DNA of 64,000 bases from Tubiluchus corallicola. Its lineage: Eukaryota; Animalia; Priapulida. Position 1 is the stretch's first letter, and every line of letters starts with the position of its first letter. The position numbers were made by a program, and so were the translations under genes. The notes beneath the pieces were generated by a model, which was not told where the DNA came from, did no database searches, and saw nothing but the letters and a program-made list of their open reading frames with translations. Location of the stretch: NCBI GenBank assembly GCA_030141605.1, contig JAQGDQ010000258.1, positions 258,000 to 321,999 of the forward strand, given 5' to 3'. Positions 27,052 to 39,842 of this stretch are shown in pieces.

Positions 27052-29029
27052 GGTGAAACTATTGCATTAACGTAACAAAAATCTTTGCTGGAAATTCATC
27101 TTTTGCTGACGACACCTTCCCTATTTCCTCGAATGAGACGTTTGTCGTGTACAGGCGTAGCTAGCGTACCACCAACTTCAAACCTCTAACAAAGCAAGTT
27201 GTAAAATCCACCACCAAAAAACATCCAAGAGCTAAATTTTAAATGAATGTTTAGTTCCTCTGCACAGGATTACAGGCGATTCTCGATATTCTAGGCTGCC
27301 TTTCACTTTTAAATTACCTCAGTCAGGTTTTATTTCCTTTAAAGTGATAATTTCAGACTTGTAACTGTTCCATTGTCAATACGATTCAATGTCAGTGCTT
27401 TGTTTCATCATTGTCACTATCAGAATTATTGTAGTTGTAGGTAAATACCATTATCACATTGATTTTCGTTTACGCTGCTATGACTCGCATTGCCGTCGTC
27501 TGCTACGTTTCTCGTGCCACAAGAGTGCATCCTCTTCTTCGGGTGACAGTTATCCGTCCACGCACGCTATTATCGGTGGCGGGCAAGCGGCAAAGTGGTA
27601 CCCAGAAGTGTGCACTCTGGGGGTACAATAGCATGCGTTATTGAGCTCGAGTAAGTAACATGCAACTCATTAACAATACGCCACTGTGGTTATATGGGGC
27701 AGTGTGACTGTTGGTATGTGAATAAGTTTCATTGATTGGTTGAAAAAATCCTGCCCATCGTTACGTTAGTTAATCAATTGAATGACAGACAAACCATTAT
27801 TGTGGTGAAAGCAGCTGTCGTGAGAAGAGAAAGAGCTTTTTGTTTTTGTCTTGTATTCGTAAGAAATGCACATAAAGGTGGAACTAGAAAGGCACAAAAG
27901 GAAGAACAGCAAGAAACTATGTGCAACAGAATTGTGTCTGATGAAAACACACTGGCAAAAGAGCAATTAATGACCAAGACGAGAGGCTAATGTGAAAATC
28001 ACAATGTTTTTCGAAAAAACCTCTTGTTACGTTTCTTTGCCACTCCTTTGCAATCCTACCTACACCCACCATTTCAAAAACAACGTGTCTCAAGTATAAA
28101 GTAAATCTAATAGGCTTGTCTCAACTTTATCGTGATTATTGTTTGACGCAGTTCATTTCATTGACCCAGTAAAACTGTGTTGATCTATTAAGTAATTATA
28201 TTTTTTTATGATTTGAATTTTATTTGAGGAGCAAAATTTCACTTTGTAAGGTAATTTGTTTGTGAAGTGGTGTGTAAACAAATTCAAGCATTTAACCGCT
28301 GTGCATAGGTGAAAACAGCGAGGAGTTTACTGAAGGCTTAAATTAGTATATTTAGTAAAGGTGTAAAATTTATAAATTTTGTATTGAAGGTCTATTTAGG
28401 TATTTAGAACTGAATGTCTAAACAAACGACAAACAAACAAATAAATAAATACACACAGAACGCACGAATTTGCATTTGACGAAATTCATTAGTTTAAGTC
28501 AGGGTATGGCCTGCCAAATAAGGTTAACATAAACTTGCTTTATTAAATTTTAATTAATCAAAAGTTGAAAACTAAACTTTCATTAACTAAAAAAGTTAAT
28601 GACCGAATGACTGAGCAATTATTATGCAAAACGACCTGCATCGCATTAATTTAAAAGCGGCTTTATTTAACGTTTTTAAATGGAAACTTAGTGGGGGTGA
28701 TTAATTGAAATTTTATTAACATGAACTTACTAAAACGAACCTGTTTTCAGGACAAATGAAATAGTTCTGAGTGAGCGAAGTTAAGCAGTAGGGCGTCTGG
28801 TTGGTAAACTGACAGTTTCATCTGCTATACTGTTTATTCTTGAGGCGGATGTACACACATAGGTGAGACACCTCTTCCAGTTTAGGTTTTCATCTTGATT
28901 ATCCTTGATAATTACTCAGATTTACTCAGGTTTTGACGCAACTGTTAAAATAATAAGCAATTCAGACGTTTGTCAGTCTTTGTCAGACGTTGAATCAGTT
29001 CGCAATTTAGGATGCTGCTGTCATGCAGC

Positions 29030-29183
29030 TGCGCATGCGCGAGAGAGCCAAGCGCTAAGTTGACAGAAGTCGTGGGTGGTATGTAACAGATATCTTCGAT
29101 TGAACGGGACACATCTACTACACGCACCTTGGAAGAGGAACTTTTTGGACGTTCAAGCGAAGAAAAAAAATTACAAAGTAAGT
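29030..29183 (+). promoter_or_regulatory. Candidate promoter and non-coding first exon: NRF1/Ewg-type site followed by a splice donor
   Basis: TGCGCATGCGCG at 29030-29041 in a locally CpG-richer patch, with a consensus donor AAA|GTAAGT at 29178. It lies divergent to the CBM14 gene start. Confidence 0.35.
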
Positions 29184-29992
29184 TAATCAAGTATTTTTAA
29201 CGTTTTCGTGCGCAGACTGCGCATAATAATGCGACAACTTGTTAATTACTTAACAAATTCATTATAATACGGAGGAGGGGGTCAACTCTTAAATTGCTCA
29301 GTTTGGAGTCAATTCAAAGATAGATGAAAGTGTTGACAGAGTCAGAGTTATGATCGCATCACTGAAAATCAGTGCATAGGATAAAACGGGCTATCCTCGT
29401 TTTACGAGGAGTTTCAGGCTTTTACTAAAATAACAGGTTAGTATGGAAATTGTTTTTTCCTCTTTTTGTTAATAAAGGAGAGCCGTGTACGACATTAGCC
29501 CATGTTACCGTATATGCCGCAAAATATAACTGGACCGATTGGCACACAAGGAAGTCTTGCTTTTGTTTTATAAGAAATATTACAAAGAGAAAAACAAAGA
29601 TAAGGCTCAGAAAGAATCCTAAAAAGCAAAAACTGTAACAAGCATTGTGTTCAACTTATTGTAGCAAAAACAGCAACAACAAGGACGACAACGATGACGA
29701 TGACGGCAATGACAACAAGAATAACAACAACAACGACGACGTCAATTAAAATTACTACTATTTGGACTACGACAACGTCTTTCGTATTGTTGCGACATTT
29801 TTGATGTTTTTTCTAAAATTGTTTTTTTTAAATTTAATTGTAGAACATACTTTATATGGAGGATACTTAATTAGTTATATGACAGCGAAATTAGAATATA
29901 CTTATTTTAAGAGACTAACAAAAATTAATTACTGCTGCTGACATAACCGAAAACGTTAGCATGTTGAACGAGTTTTAACTACACGTAATTAA

Positions 29993-30073
29993 CTACAATG
30001 CCGGACTCGAACCTTATATTTCAACTAAAGAAAGTATTTGCAGCCCGCGATATGGACCATTCAGCTACCGAAA
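29993..30073 (-). mobile_element. tRNA-derived Pol III unit (SINE head or pseudo-tRNA)
   Basis: The minus strand carries the A box TAGCTGAATGG (30067-30057) and the B box GGTTCGAGTCC (30013-30003). The cloverleaf stems are not convincingly intact. Confidence 0.55.
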
Positions 30074-30705
30074 CAAGGACTAGTTTGCTGTAGATATAGC
30101 GTATTTTTAAATTCATTAATTTGAAAGCATTTTTTGTTTTTGGATATGGGTTTACATAATATTGCAATTTTGTATTTGATGGCATACACATTTATAAATA
30201 CACAATAGCAAAATACAGGTAACATTGTAAGCACACCTTTTTCTTCTGCAACAGATGTGTACTTTGATAGAAACTGTAACATATTGTGTGGTAAATACTA
30301 TTTTGATAGTAGCAGAAGTTAATAGACCTTATTTATGTTAGAGCATTATTTGTAGTATAAGTTTGTGTGAGGTGTCAAGCGAAACAGTAAATCGAAAGAT
30401 ACAATAGTGCAATTATAATTGCTCTTCTCAGTGTTAAAATAACGGCGAGGCAGAATGATATTCAAACATTAATAGGTTGTTAGTATTCATGACGCATTTA
30501 AAAGCATTCCCTACAGCTAAAAACTAATTGAAATCATCAAAATTTACATGGTTCCTACATTATATTACATTCCTAAATTTACATTATACTACATGGTTCC
30601 TTGTGCGATGCATATCTGTATCCGTCCTGTTTTCTACACTCAAGTTGTGCGACTGCAAGCGCATTCAAGAACTCATTCACATATGGCAGTATCAGTACAT
30701 ATTCA

Positions 30706-31060
30706 CCGGCCCGGATTATGATCTTTTGGTGCCCCTTGGCTACTGAAATTATGGGACCTCCTCAGACGAAGCCACGTTCTACACTCGCCCGCATCCGTCC
30801 TGGATACGTTTTAGCGACATTTATAGCTTGAAGTAAACTTATTGCAAATTCTTTAAGTAAACTAGAATATCTATCTTTTGTTTGTCAATAAAAATATTAT
30901 TTAAGAAATATCACTATTTTAGTATTTTTTGCTAACCAAATTAGCACATATTTCAACGCAACTGCAGCAAAAAACCTGTGATCAAAGCTTGAGGCCCACC
31001 AAGCATGAGGGACCCCTAAGCTGCAGCCTACACTAGCGTGTATTGGATAATTCAACCATG
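30706..31060. mobile_element. Decayed hAT-like MITE
   Basis: The ends CCGGCCCGGATTAT and ATAATTCAACCATG resemble CAGGGCCGGATTA-type TIRs. The subterminal GGGACCCCTAAGCTGCAGCCTA is also present. Confidence 0.45.
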
Positions 31061-33994
31061 CACACACTCGTATATAGCAAAACTCGCTACATTAGATACT
31101 TGGCAAAATAGCTAATAACAACAGTATTGTCTGATTGTATATATAAACAACATTATATATAAAAGTTGATCAATTATGCGGGAGAGACATTTCGTTAACT
31201 GTATAAAGTCTGTCCAATCAACAAAAAACGAAGACATGCATTGCTTATTAATAGCAACAATAGACATTTTTATCATTAAAAAAAATAATCTGCAGAAACA
31301 TCTTGTCTAGTGGAAACAGGGATGAAAAATTAACTCGGTACATTTACACGAGTGATGACCTAATGAGCTTAGACGAACAGCTTCAAGAGTCGCTTCATAC
31401 ACGTTTCTTTCTTTTAATACAAAACCCACGAGCGTGTTGGAAAGCTCGATATTATTGATAACAAGCTGTACTGACGCTGAAGTGACATTTATACTTAATT
31501 ACTCAGTCAAATAGGTTCACTTAAATTGTACAAATACAATTCATAAAATACAGTGACACCTTGTGACATTAATTAATCATTACCTGTTGTAATGATATTT
31601 TAATGCTTTATCAAATAGTATATTTTTTCGATTGAAAAACATTAAGTATAATGGTTGCACAGTCAAATTACGATCTAATAAGACAAACAATAATGATCAT
31701 CATAAAGAAAACAGTAAAAAACACAGCGAGGTTTTTTGTACCTTTAAATGCTACTACAAAATTAAGACGTTGACGTAAAAGATTTTTTTCAGCATTATCG
31801 GGAGAAATCTAATATTTTAACTAAATATGAATCATTGTTTGACGTCTTCACTGCTTTTTCGTTTTTCAATGCTTCGCACTGTCAAACATTTATATACGCA
31901 TTACTCAACCTTGATAAACCACAGAAGCAGAATAACCGCTTAAAAATTCATATGAAAATGGGGAAGATTTACAAAAATAGCAATTCCTTTTCCCTCAGTA
32001 GCGGAATTTGAAGTTTTGTCCAATAAAAATTAAAGTGCAGCGTCTAATGGGAAAATAAAGTTTAAGCAATGGTTAGGGTCAACCGTATAGAATAAGTAAA
32101 TATATAACGAAAAATCGTATGTAATGAATTATTAAGAGGATAACTCTACACCAAGGCATGTCAAATCAATGAAGTGCTTTAAGTGTGCATCTCCTTTGTC
32201 AGACGGTTGCGTGTGTATAGAATGCATTCAATTGTGACACATAACCGTCACATATAGTAGTGTACGCTGAACCCATGGCTGAACATACATACATGTACCA
32301 TGTAAACTACAAGTTTGCTCAGTAGATCTCTGTTACTAATCTTAAAAACAATTTCGCAGTAAGAGAAAGACAAAATATTTGGGCGAAAATACAAAATTAT
32401 CAAAGCATTTTTTATTTCTGAACCAGTTTATAGGACAAGACAAATAACATAACAAGATAATTTTCTGTCTGACAGACTAAGTCTCGATAAAACACCTTGT
32501 CAGGCAAATTTATATCGCGACTATAATTAGGGATGCTACTTTTACTAATTAACAACATAATTATACGACTAATAGCTGCATAATCATCTAAATTAGTGTA
32601 TGTTTTCTTCCAGAAATAAAGATTTTTACATTGGTAAAGAATTTAACGTATTTGTTAAGTACCCTGTAGTTATTAGAACCCCATGAAGATGATAGTACCT
32701 GATAGCGTTAAAGAGTTAAGCTTAAAACAGTATCGCTGATATTGGTTTATTAAATTAGAGCTCTTAATTCTCATTTGTTGTATTTAACACAAATCAATGG
32801 TTCCTAAGTATTGTTGTGTTTATTTATGGGATTGGTTATTTAAACTATTAAGGCTATATATTTATTTACTTATTCGAATTCCTGATTATAAACCTTCGCC
32901 GCCGCAGCTTTAACATCAAATAAACTTGTGCTTTAAAGTTTATTTATCGCAAATTAACATCTATGTGAGATTTAGTGGGCTCTACTATACGTATATCGAA
33001 AAATACCGAAAAACTCCGAAAAGAAATGAAAAAGCTGTAAAAAACCAGCAAAGCAAAAAAGCAAAATCTAACGGTGACATTTGGCAATGCGTCAATCAGT
33101 TTAGTTTTGTTTTCATGTAATGTACCATACTGCACCTTGTTCTATGAATACTTCAATAGAACAATCTCTTTTATGGAAAATCACTGTTGCTGTAATTTTA
33201 TTGCCTTGATTACATTAATTACACTTTATTACGTATTCTTATTGCCTTTGCGACAGAAATTTTATTAGTTTTGCAGTTATGGATATATTAGTTTACATTT
33301 TTGATTTAAATTTAAAATTTATGTTCATTGTTCAGAAGTACCGTGCAGACAGCAGAGCTCTAAAGTTCATTCCAGGGTTGGCAAAAAACCTCGGTTTGAA
33401 AAAGTAGCATCTTCTAGAATTAGAATTCTGCGTTTTGTCTGACCGTAAATGGGTCTTTGTCAGGTAAAAAAAATCTAACCTAATTTTGAGTCTAATTGGC
33501 CAGATAAGAAGGTAGCATGCTAAATAAAGAAGCGGCTATATCGGAAAGAGTAATAAACAAAAGTGACAGGGAATAGAAAATAAATGACCTAAAATAGAAA
33601 ACCGAACTTGCAATGCACACTATTCAAGTTGTTTTATAAAGCTCTTGCTTTTTCATTTATAATCAAAATCATAACAAACTGGAAAAGGATTATCTACTAA
33701 AATGATATGACAAAATCATTTGCAAGTAACTAGACTAACATCCGGGTGCATACATGAAGTGTATTAACTGAGCTTGTCGGTATTGTTACTGTAACAAATT
33801 TCTCTTTTTCATTCATGTTACTAAATCTTGCTTTGCACAATAGATTTCTACATTTCACTGCGTATTCCTCACATTTTCTTGAATTCACTTTATTTTGTGC
33901 CCAGTATGAGTTATTCGTTTCTGATTTCTTTTTTCCTGAATTCACTTTTCCTGTGACTTTGTGTTACAGTCTTTTACAGGTCAATTTACTTTGT

Positions 33995-34290
33995 ATCTGT
34001 TGCACATCACTCTTATTCAGTTCACGGCACTTCGCTCCTTGCACACCATCATATTTGCTGTATAAGTTTAACTACTGTACATCACTCTTCGTTCAGCTCA
34101 CTGTACTTCATTCCTTGCACACTATCATATTTGCTATATAATATTAACTGTTGCACATCACTCTTCGCTTAGCTGACTGCATTTCATTCCCTGCTAGCAT
34201 GCATGTTTAGGCGTATTCTACATATTCAGCTGCTGCACATCACTGTTCTTCAATGAGCACTTCGTTCCCTGCACACCATGCATGTTTATG
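33995..34290. repeat. Minisatellite, ~75-82 bp unit, about 4 copies
   Basis: CATCAC anchors at 34005, 34080, 34156 and 34238, within a unit like TGTTGCACATCACTCTTCGTTCAGCTCACTGCACTTCATTCCTTGCACAC. Confidence 0.85.
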
Positions 34291-34781
34291 ATGTATTCGC
34301 TTTATAATATAGACACATAAAGTTACCTACCATCTCATTAGGTGCGCTTATCCAATTGTTCAGTTATTGATCTACTGAATTTCACATTTTTTACACTACT
34401 CAATTTCCCCATCATCAATCCTGTTCTGCAAGAAACTTGGTACTTCACCCACTTCAGCAGGGCTTACTTCATTGTAAAGTCCTTCGGATCAGTATTTTTC
34501 TCTGCCAGTCAGTTCTGCGTGCCTTTTCATGGCATTCAATTCAGCAAACCTTATTTTCTTATCGTGCATTGTCTCTTTTCTTTATTTTTATTTTCTCTCA
34601 AGTTTTTGCTTCATTACTTGTTTTAGTTCTTTAATCTATTTTGTCTGCTTGGTTACTTCATTATCAGCAACTGCCTCTGTCATAAAAACGCATAATGTTT
34701 GTTAAGATCTTCAATTCAGCAATTAATTCTCGGCAGCTTTGCTGTTTGACGACGAATTATTCACATTGCAGACAAACTAAA

Positions 34782-36168
34782 GTATCCAAACCATGTTTAT
34801 TAGGCCGTTTCAATGTTTCGCATGTTATAAAATGCCGATTCGACAAGTACGCCTTAGTTTGCACGTACTTACCCATATAAACATCATAGTCATGAAAAAC
34901 AAATAACTTTGATACCATTAAACAAGTACTGGTGCAAAAAACATTTGAATGCGTTACCTGGTATGATCATGCATTATAGATTCAGCTGTTGACAAAACAC
35001 TAGGTGGAAAGTGAGCACATTATTGATTGTTGTTAGGTGGGTAACGTTAATGGCGTAGTGGCAGGGTAGCATGATGATGGGTAGTGTGTTGGACTGATGA
35101 AAGGAATTTATTGGCACGAGTGTCAGTGATGGGCTATAAATTAATTTGATGTATTTTGTTATTTTTCTTGGTTGGCTAAATCAGTGAATAAGGAAAAGAA
35201 AAATCCACAAACAAATGAAAGAAACAAACAACTAAGTAATAAATCGAGTGATTAGCCAGTTCAAACTACTCAATATCCAAATCGTTAACTACCCAACCAA
35301 CCAAGCAACCAAGCGTGCAACTGACCACATACCAGTAAACCAGCTAATCGAAAGTTATGCAAGTAGCTCTACAACTTGTCCACCTAGCATTTCACGGATC
35401 TTTTAGGAACAATACACTTTATGTATGCATATGCCTAACTCAAGCATAAAAACAGTGAAAACTGACTCAATCGATATCTTGTGCGTGCATAATAACACTG
35501 ATATTTCGTACACAGTAGTTTTTTAAATTAATGTAAGCTAACAGCATCTGGTTTGTTTTTTTACCTATGATAATGTAATGTCTACATATTAGTCTTTTAG
35601 TCTACAATTCCATGCAAGAGAAGCTGCAAAAGCTTCCATACTAAGAGGAAAGTGCACACATACTTGGCCGCTTGGTCGGTTAGGAAGTTGGTGAATTGGT
35701 TAACTGAGTAATTTGAACAGGCTAATTAGTTAGTCGTTTTATTACTTAGACGTTTGCTTCTTTCATTTGTTTGTTGATTTTTCTTTTTCCTTATTCCCCG
35801 CATTTAGCTAACTAAGCAAATTAACAAAGTAGCCAACGAAGCAACTAATTAATTTATAATCCATCACTGACACTTAATTCCTTTCATCAATCCAACACAC
35901 TACCCAACAACTACGCTGTCATTAACACTTCCCACCCAACTACAATCAATAATGCGCTCACTTTACACGTAGTGTCTTGTCAGTAGCTATAATGCGTGAT
36001 TATGCCCGATAACATATTCAGTTGTTTTTTGCGCCAATTCTTGTTTAACGTTATAAAGGTTATTTGTTGTGACGTTTATGTGGTTAAGCAAACTATGGCG
36101 TACTTGTCAAATCGGTATTTTATAACATGTGGAACATTAAAACAGCCTAATAAACATGGTTTGGATAC
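34782..36168. mobile_element. Large foldback element: ~510-540 bp diverged inverted arms around a ~340-bp spacer
   Basis: 34782-35318 aligns along its length with the reverse complement of 35658-36168. The ends are GTATCCAAACCATGTTTATTAGGC / GCCTAATAAACATGGTTTGGATAC. Confidence 0.88.
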
Positions 36169-37095
36169 CAGTTCTTCATATTAGTCAGGGATGAAATATT
36201 AGTGGTGGACACCCGATTGTGAATGTAGGAATAAGAAGTGAAATGAATTATGGTATGCGAGATGTGACAACCAATCTTGGGCATGCTGTCATACAGAATA
36301 GATTGAAGAATTTATTAAAAAAATAGCAGTAAAGTTATTGTCAAGTTTCTTCCATAAAGTTCTGACTCTTCCAATAGGATCTGCCAAAAAACCCGATTTT
36401 AATTATCAAGTTATAATTGTGGACTTCTTAAAATATAAATTTACCACGAACTCATCCTGCTAGGGTTTCGCACTAATGAAGAATAACGTCGCTAATAAAT
36501 CATTAAAAGTGGTTGCAAAAGTAGTACATGTACTGAGATTTTCCAGTTAGTTTCTTCCCGCCAGTCATAATTAACTATTCGCGCAATATGAAACCTTAGA
36601 AACCTTTGTATTACCGACTAGCCCACAATTTTTCAGCGTCTCGTTTCTTTCTCTAACTCATTACCCGTAATGGGTAATAATTGTTAAAATAAACCGTAAT
36701 AGTTTATAAAATTCTGGCAATCGCAGTCATAATTAATTAATGCTAGCTAATTTGATGAAAGCGTCAACACCTTTTAATTACATAAACTCAAGCCGAGGTA
36801 CTGTTTTTTGAATCTGCAAAGGTTATTTAAGTTTGGCTGAATCGCAGCAACAACAATAGTACCAACAACAACAGAGGCAGCAACAACAGCAGTAAACAGC
36901 ATTTCAACATGAATTCAGTAATTATTAAGTCACTGCTGGCCCATAAAAGTAAAATGCGCAATGCGAAAATCCAGTAACACCAGCGACCTTGTGGGCTATT
37001 TTTCGAGTATAGTAAGCAGCTACATGAAATTTTATCGATTTAATAAATGATGCAAGTTTAGCTCTTAAGTGTAAAGCTTGTTACCGGATATCCGG

Positions 37096-37381
37096 AATTC
37101 AATTACATTTACATGAGCGGTTATTAAATCACATGTAAGCAAACACCTATTGACTAAAGCAATCAAATGACCTACTATCTGCAATTCTGTTTCTGCGACA
37201 AGCAATTGTTGAACTGGATAATCATTTGCTCGTTAATTAACTTAATTATCCAGTTAAACAATTGCTCGTACAATAATACCTACAAAATACCTACAACAAT
37301 TGCAGATAAGTCACTTGATTGATTTAATCAATAACTATTTGCTTACATGTGATTAACTGCCCATGTAAATGTAATTGAATT
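37096..37381. repeat. ~290-bp imperfect palindrome (hairpin-type MITE)
   Basis: AATTCAATTACATTTACATG...ATCACATGTAAGCAAA pairs with TTTGCTTACATGTGAT...CATGTAAATGTAATTGAATT. The inner stem is AGCAATTGTTGAACTGGATAAT / ATTATCCAGTTAAACAATTGCT. Confidence 0.85.
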
Positions 37382-39842
37382 AATTATTTAATTATTTACT
37401 CAGCTAATTAACTAACAACTGAAAGCTGTCATAATGCTTGTTCACTAAGTTTGGCTATAACTATTCATCCTATCAAGCGAAATGAAAAGTTGTAAAACCT
37501 GTGTTTGTTTGTATGTTATTGTTGTTTTATAGTGAGCAAAAGTGTGGTGAGCATTACAAGCCACAAGAAAGAATTTAGGCCTGTCATGCCATGTTAGCAA
37601 AAAAATTTAAAATGGTAAATCACGATTTCTCTCCTGACAGTAAAATAGAATATGCAAACTTAGCATTTGTTAGGCTGGTAATTTGTACACTTACTTAAAT
37701 GAAGCTAAATTTACAGTTTAGACTATTATAACCACAACTATGTACAACCACTGCCTACGATAGTCTCTCACTGGCAGTTATTCTTCAACAGACGGATTAA
37801 ATTGGTATAACTATTACAACAGTTAAAAAAGTAATGGACGTGTTACAAGAACAATTAATTAGTTAATCGATAAAGGACGGTGAAGTGTATATAAAAATAA
37901 AAAATAACTGTATAGATTGCTTAGTTTCAGTAATAGGCGTTCACATGCACACATTAATTTTCATACGGCAGCATTAACTCATTACTAGATACGGCTTCTT
38001 TCACGTGCAAATCAGCAGTTTTTTCATGTGAAACCTAAAAACCTGTTACTGAAGCATATCTTCGGCTTTAGACATTTTAAGCTTGATTCACTATGTCCTG
38101 AATCTTAGTAAGTATAAAATCTTTCACAGTACGTCCGACTGACATTTCATCGTATTTTTAGATAGTTTTGCCTTAGGTTCTTTAAGGTACAAAACTCTTG
38201 ATTTAATTTTAAACGCCACCATCGATCAGTCTGACTTGCAGTTTCTTCGCAGAAGTATTCCATTAGGAACGTCAAAAATAAACAGCACGCGCTGAATATG
38301 TAATATGCAGTATTAAAGAGAAAGCGTATTTATTTAATAGATATAGCCAAGAAAATTCTTCGGGAAATGTACATTTGGTACATATTGGTTGTCAATTAGT
38401 GAGAAAACTCAGAAAAGTATTCTGTAAGTATATTATAGGCGTTTCTGTAATAATTATCGTAAAAAGTGTTCAGGAAATAGGATCTGTGAATTGCAGAAAT
38501 AAAGCATTATAATAGATACACTGTCTAGCGCAGTGTATTTTTCGACAAATGCAGCAAAATTACGAGAAATGTAGAATCGAATGTGTGGCTTTGTGCAGAA
38601 ATGTAAATTATGTTTTGCTCATTTCTTTAAAAACGTGGCTGTGAATAGTACAGTGCAAACCGATAGAGATTTATCGTAAACCTCGATTATTCGAGCCTCG
38701 TAAACTACTGTGATGAATATAAAAGAATCATTTTAACATTGAGACAAATGACTTCAGAGGTGCATTCGAGAATTACAGAGTTTTATGACCAGATTAGGAA
38801 TCGATTTGATAAGTATAAATACTAAAGAATCCACACCTGTTAGCATATACTATAGCTGCAACTTGAAAAAGTCATCTGAAAAAGAGCGAGTTTAAATTAT
38901 GTTTAACAGCAATAGTGTATATTAAAAATACATTTTTATAAATAATTTTTTTCTTTTTTGTCCATTCTTGAAAATATGACTGCAAATCGCAATTCTTTTA
39001 GCAATGGCTATTTGATAAATTCTCTACTGATATAAAACGAAGCCTTTAAAGATGATCTTTCTGCTGTTAGAAAAATAGTGATCAACAAATTGCATAGTAA
39101 TGTTGTATCTTACATTAGAATTATAGACATTGAACAGGCGGCACATAACGGTAAAAATTAATAAAGGTCAGCATAGTAACAAGCCATGATGTCTCCTGTT
39201 GTTATCTTGAAAGCGTTGATTTTTACTGTTATGTGTCTTAGTCATGTACACAGAAACATTTTCCGTTCTTAAAATAAAACAGATTATTCATACTTATTAG
39301 GATTTTCTTTGATCTTGAGATTAAAAGGCAGTCATTCATGCATATAGATTATATTGTTTGATAAAAATAGAAACTTCCCAACGACATTTGTGCTAAAGAA
39401 AAGCCGGAAAACTGATACGATAATAATGACATCAAAAGTAGCAAGTTATTTGATAGGTGGGTGTATTTGTGTAACATTCCTAATTCAAACGCAAGAGTTA
39501 TAAACAAGTAACACAAATTTTCTATTGAGAGTTGAGGAGACTAAAAAAACTTTTAAAGTTTAAACATTACTTTCACGATAATGGACAATACCTTCAAAAA
39601 CTTGAACGCGTAATTCCACAGATGGTCGATGAACGCTCGCGAGCTGACTTTTTGTGACATCTTAACCCATCAATTTGACCTACGTCTACGTGTGCTGAGC
39701 AAAAGATCATGTCAGTGGCAGAGTAGAAACGCTGTTTGTTGTTTGGAGCGTAATACTGTCGAGTTTCAATTGTTGCATGTCTCCGTGTCTCACATGTCTC
39801 ACTGTGTTTTGAACTGTAAATAGCGATAGAATAAGACACTCT

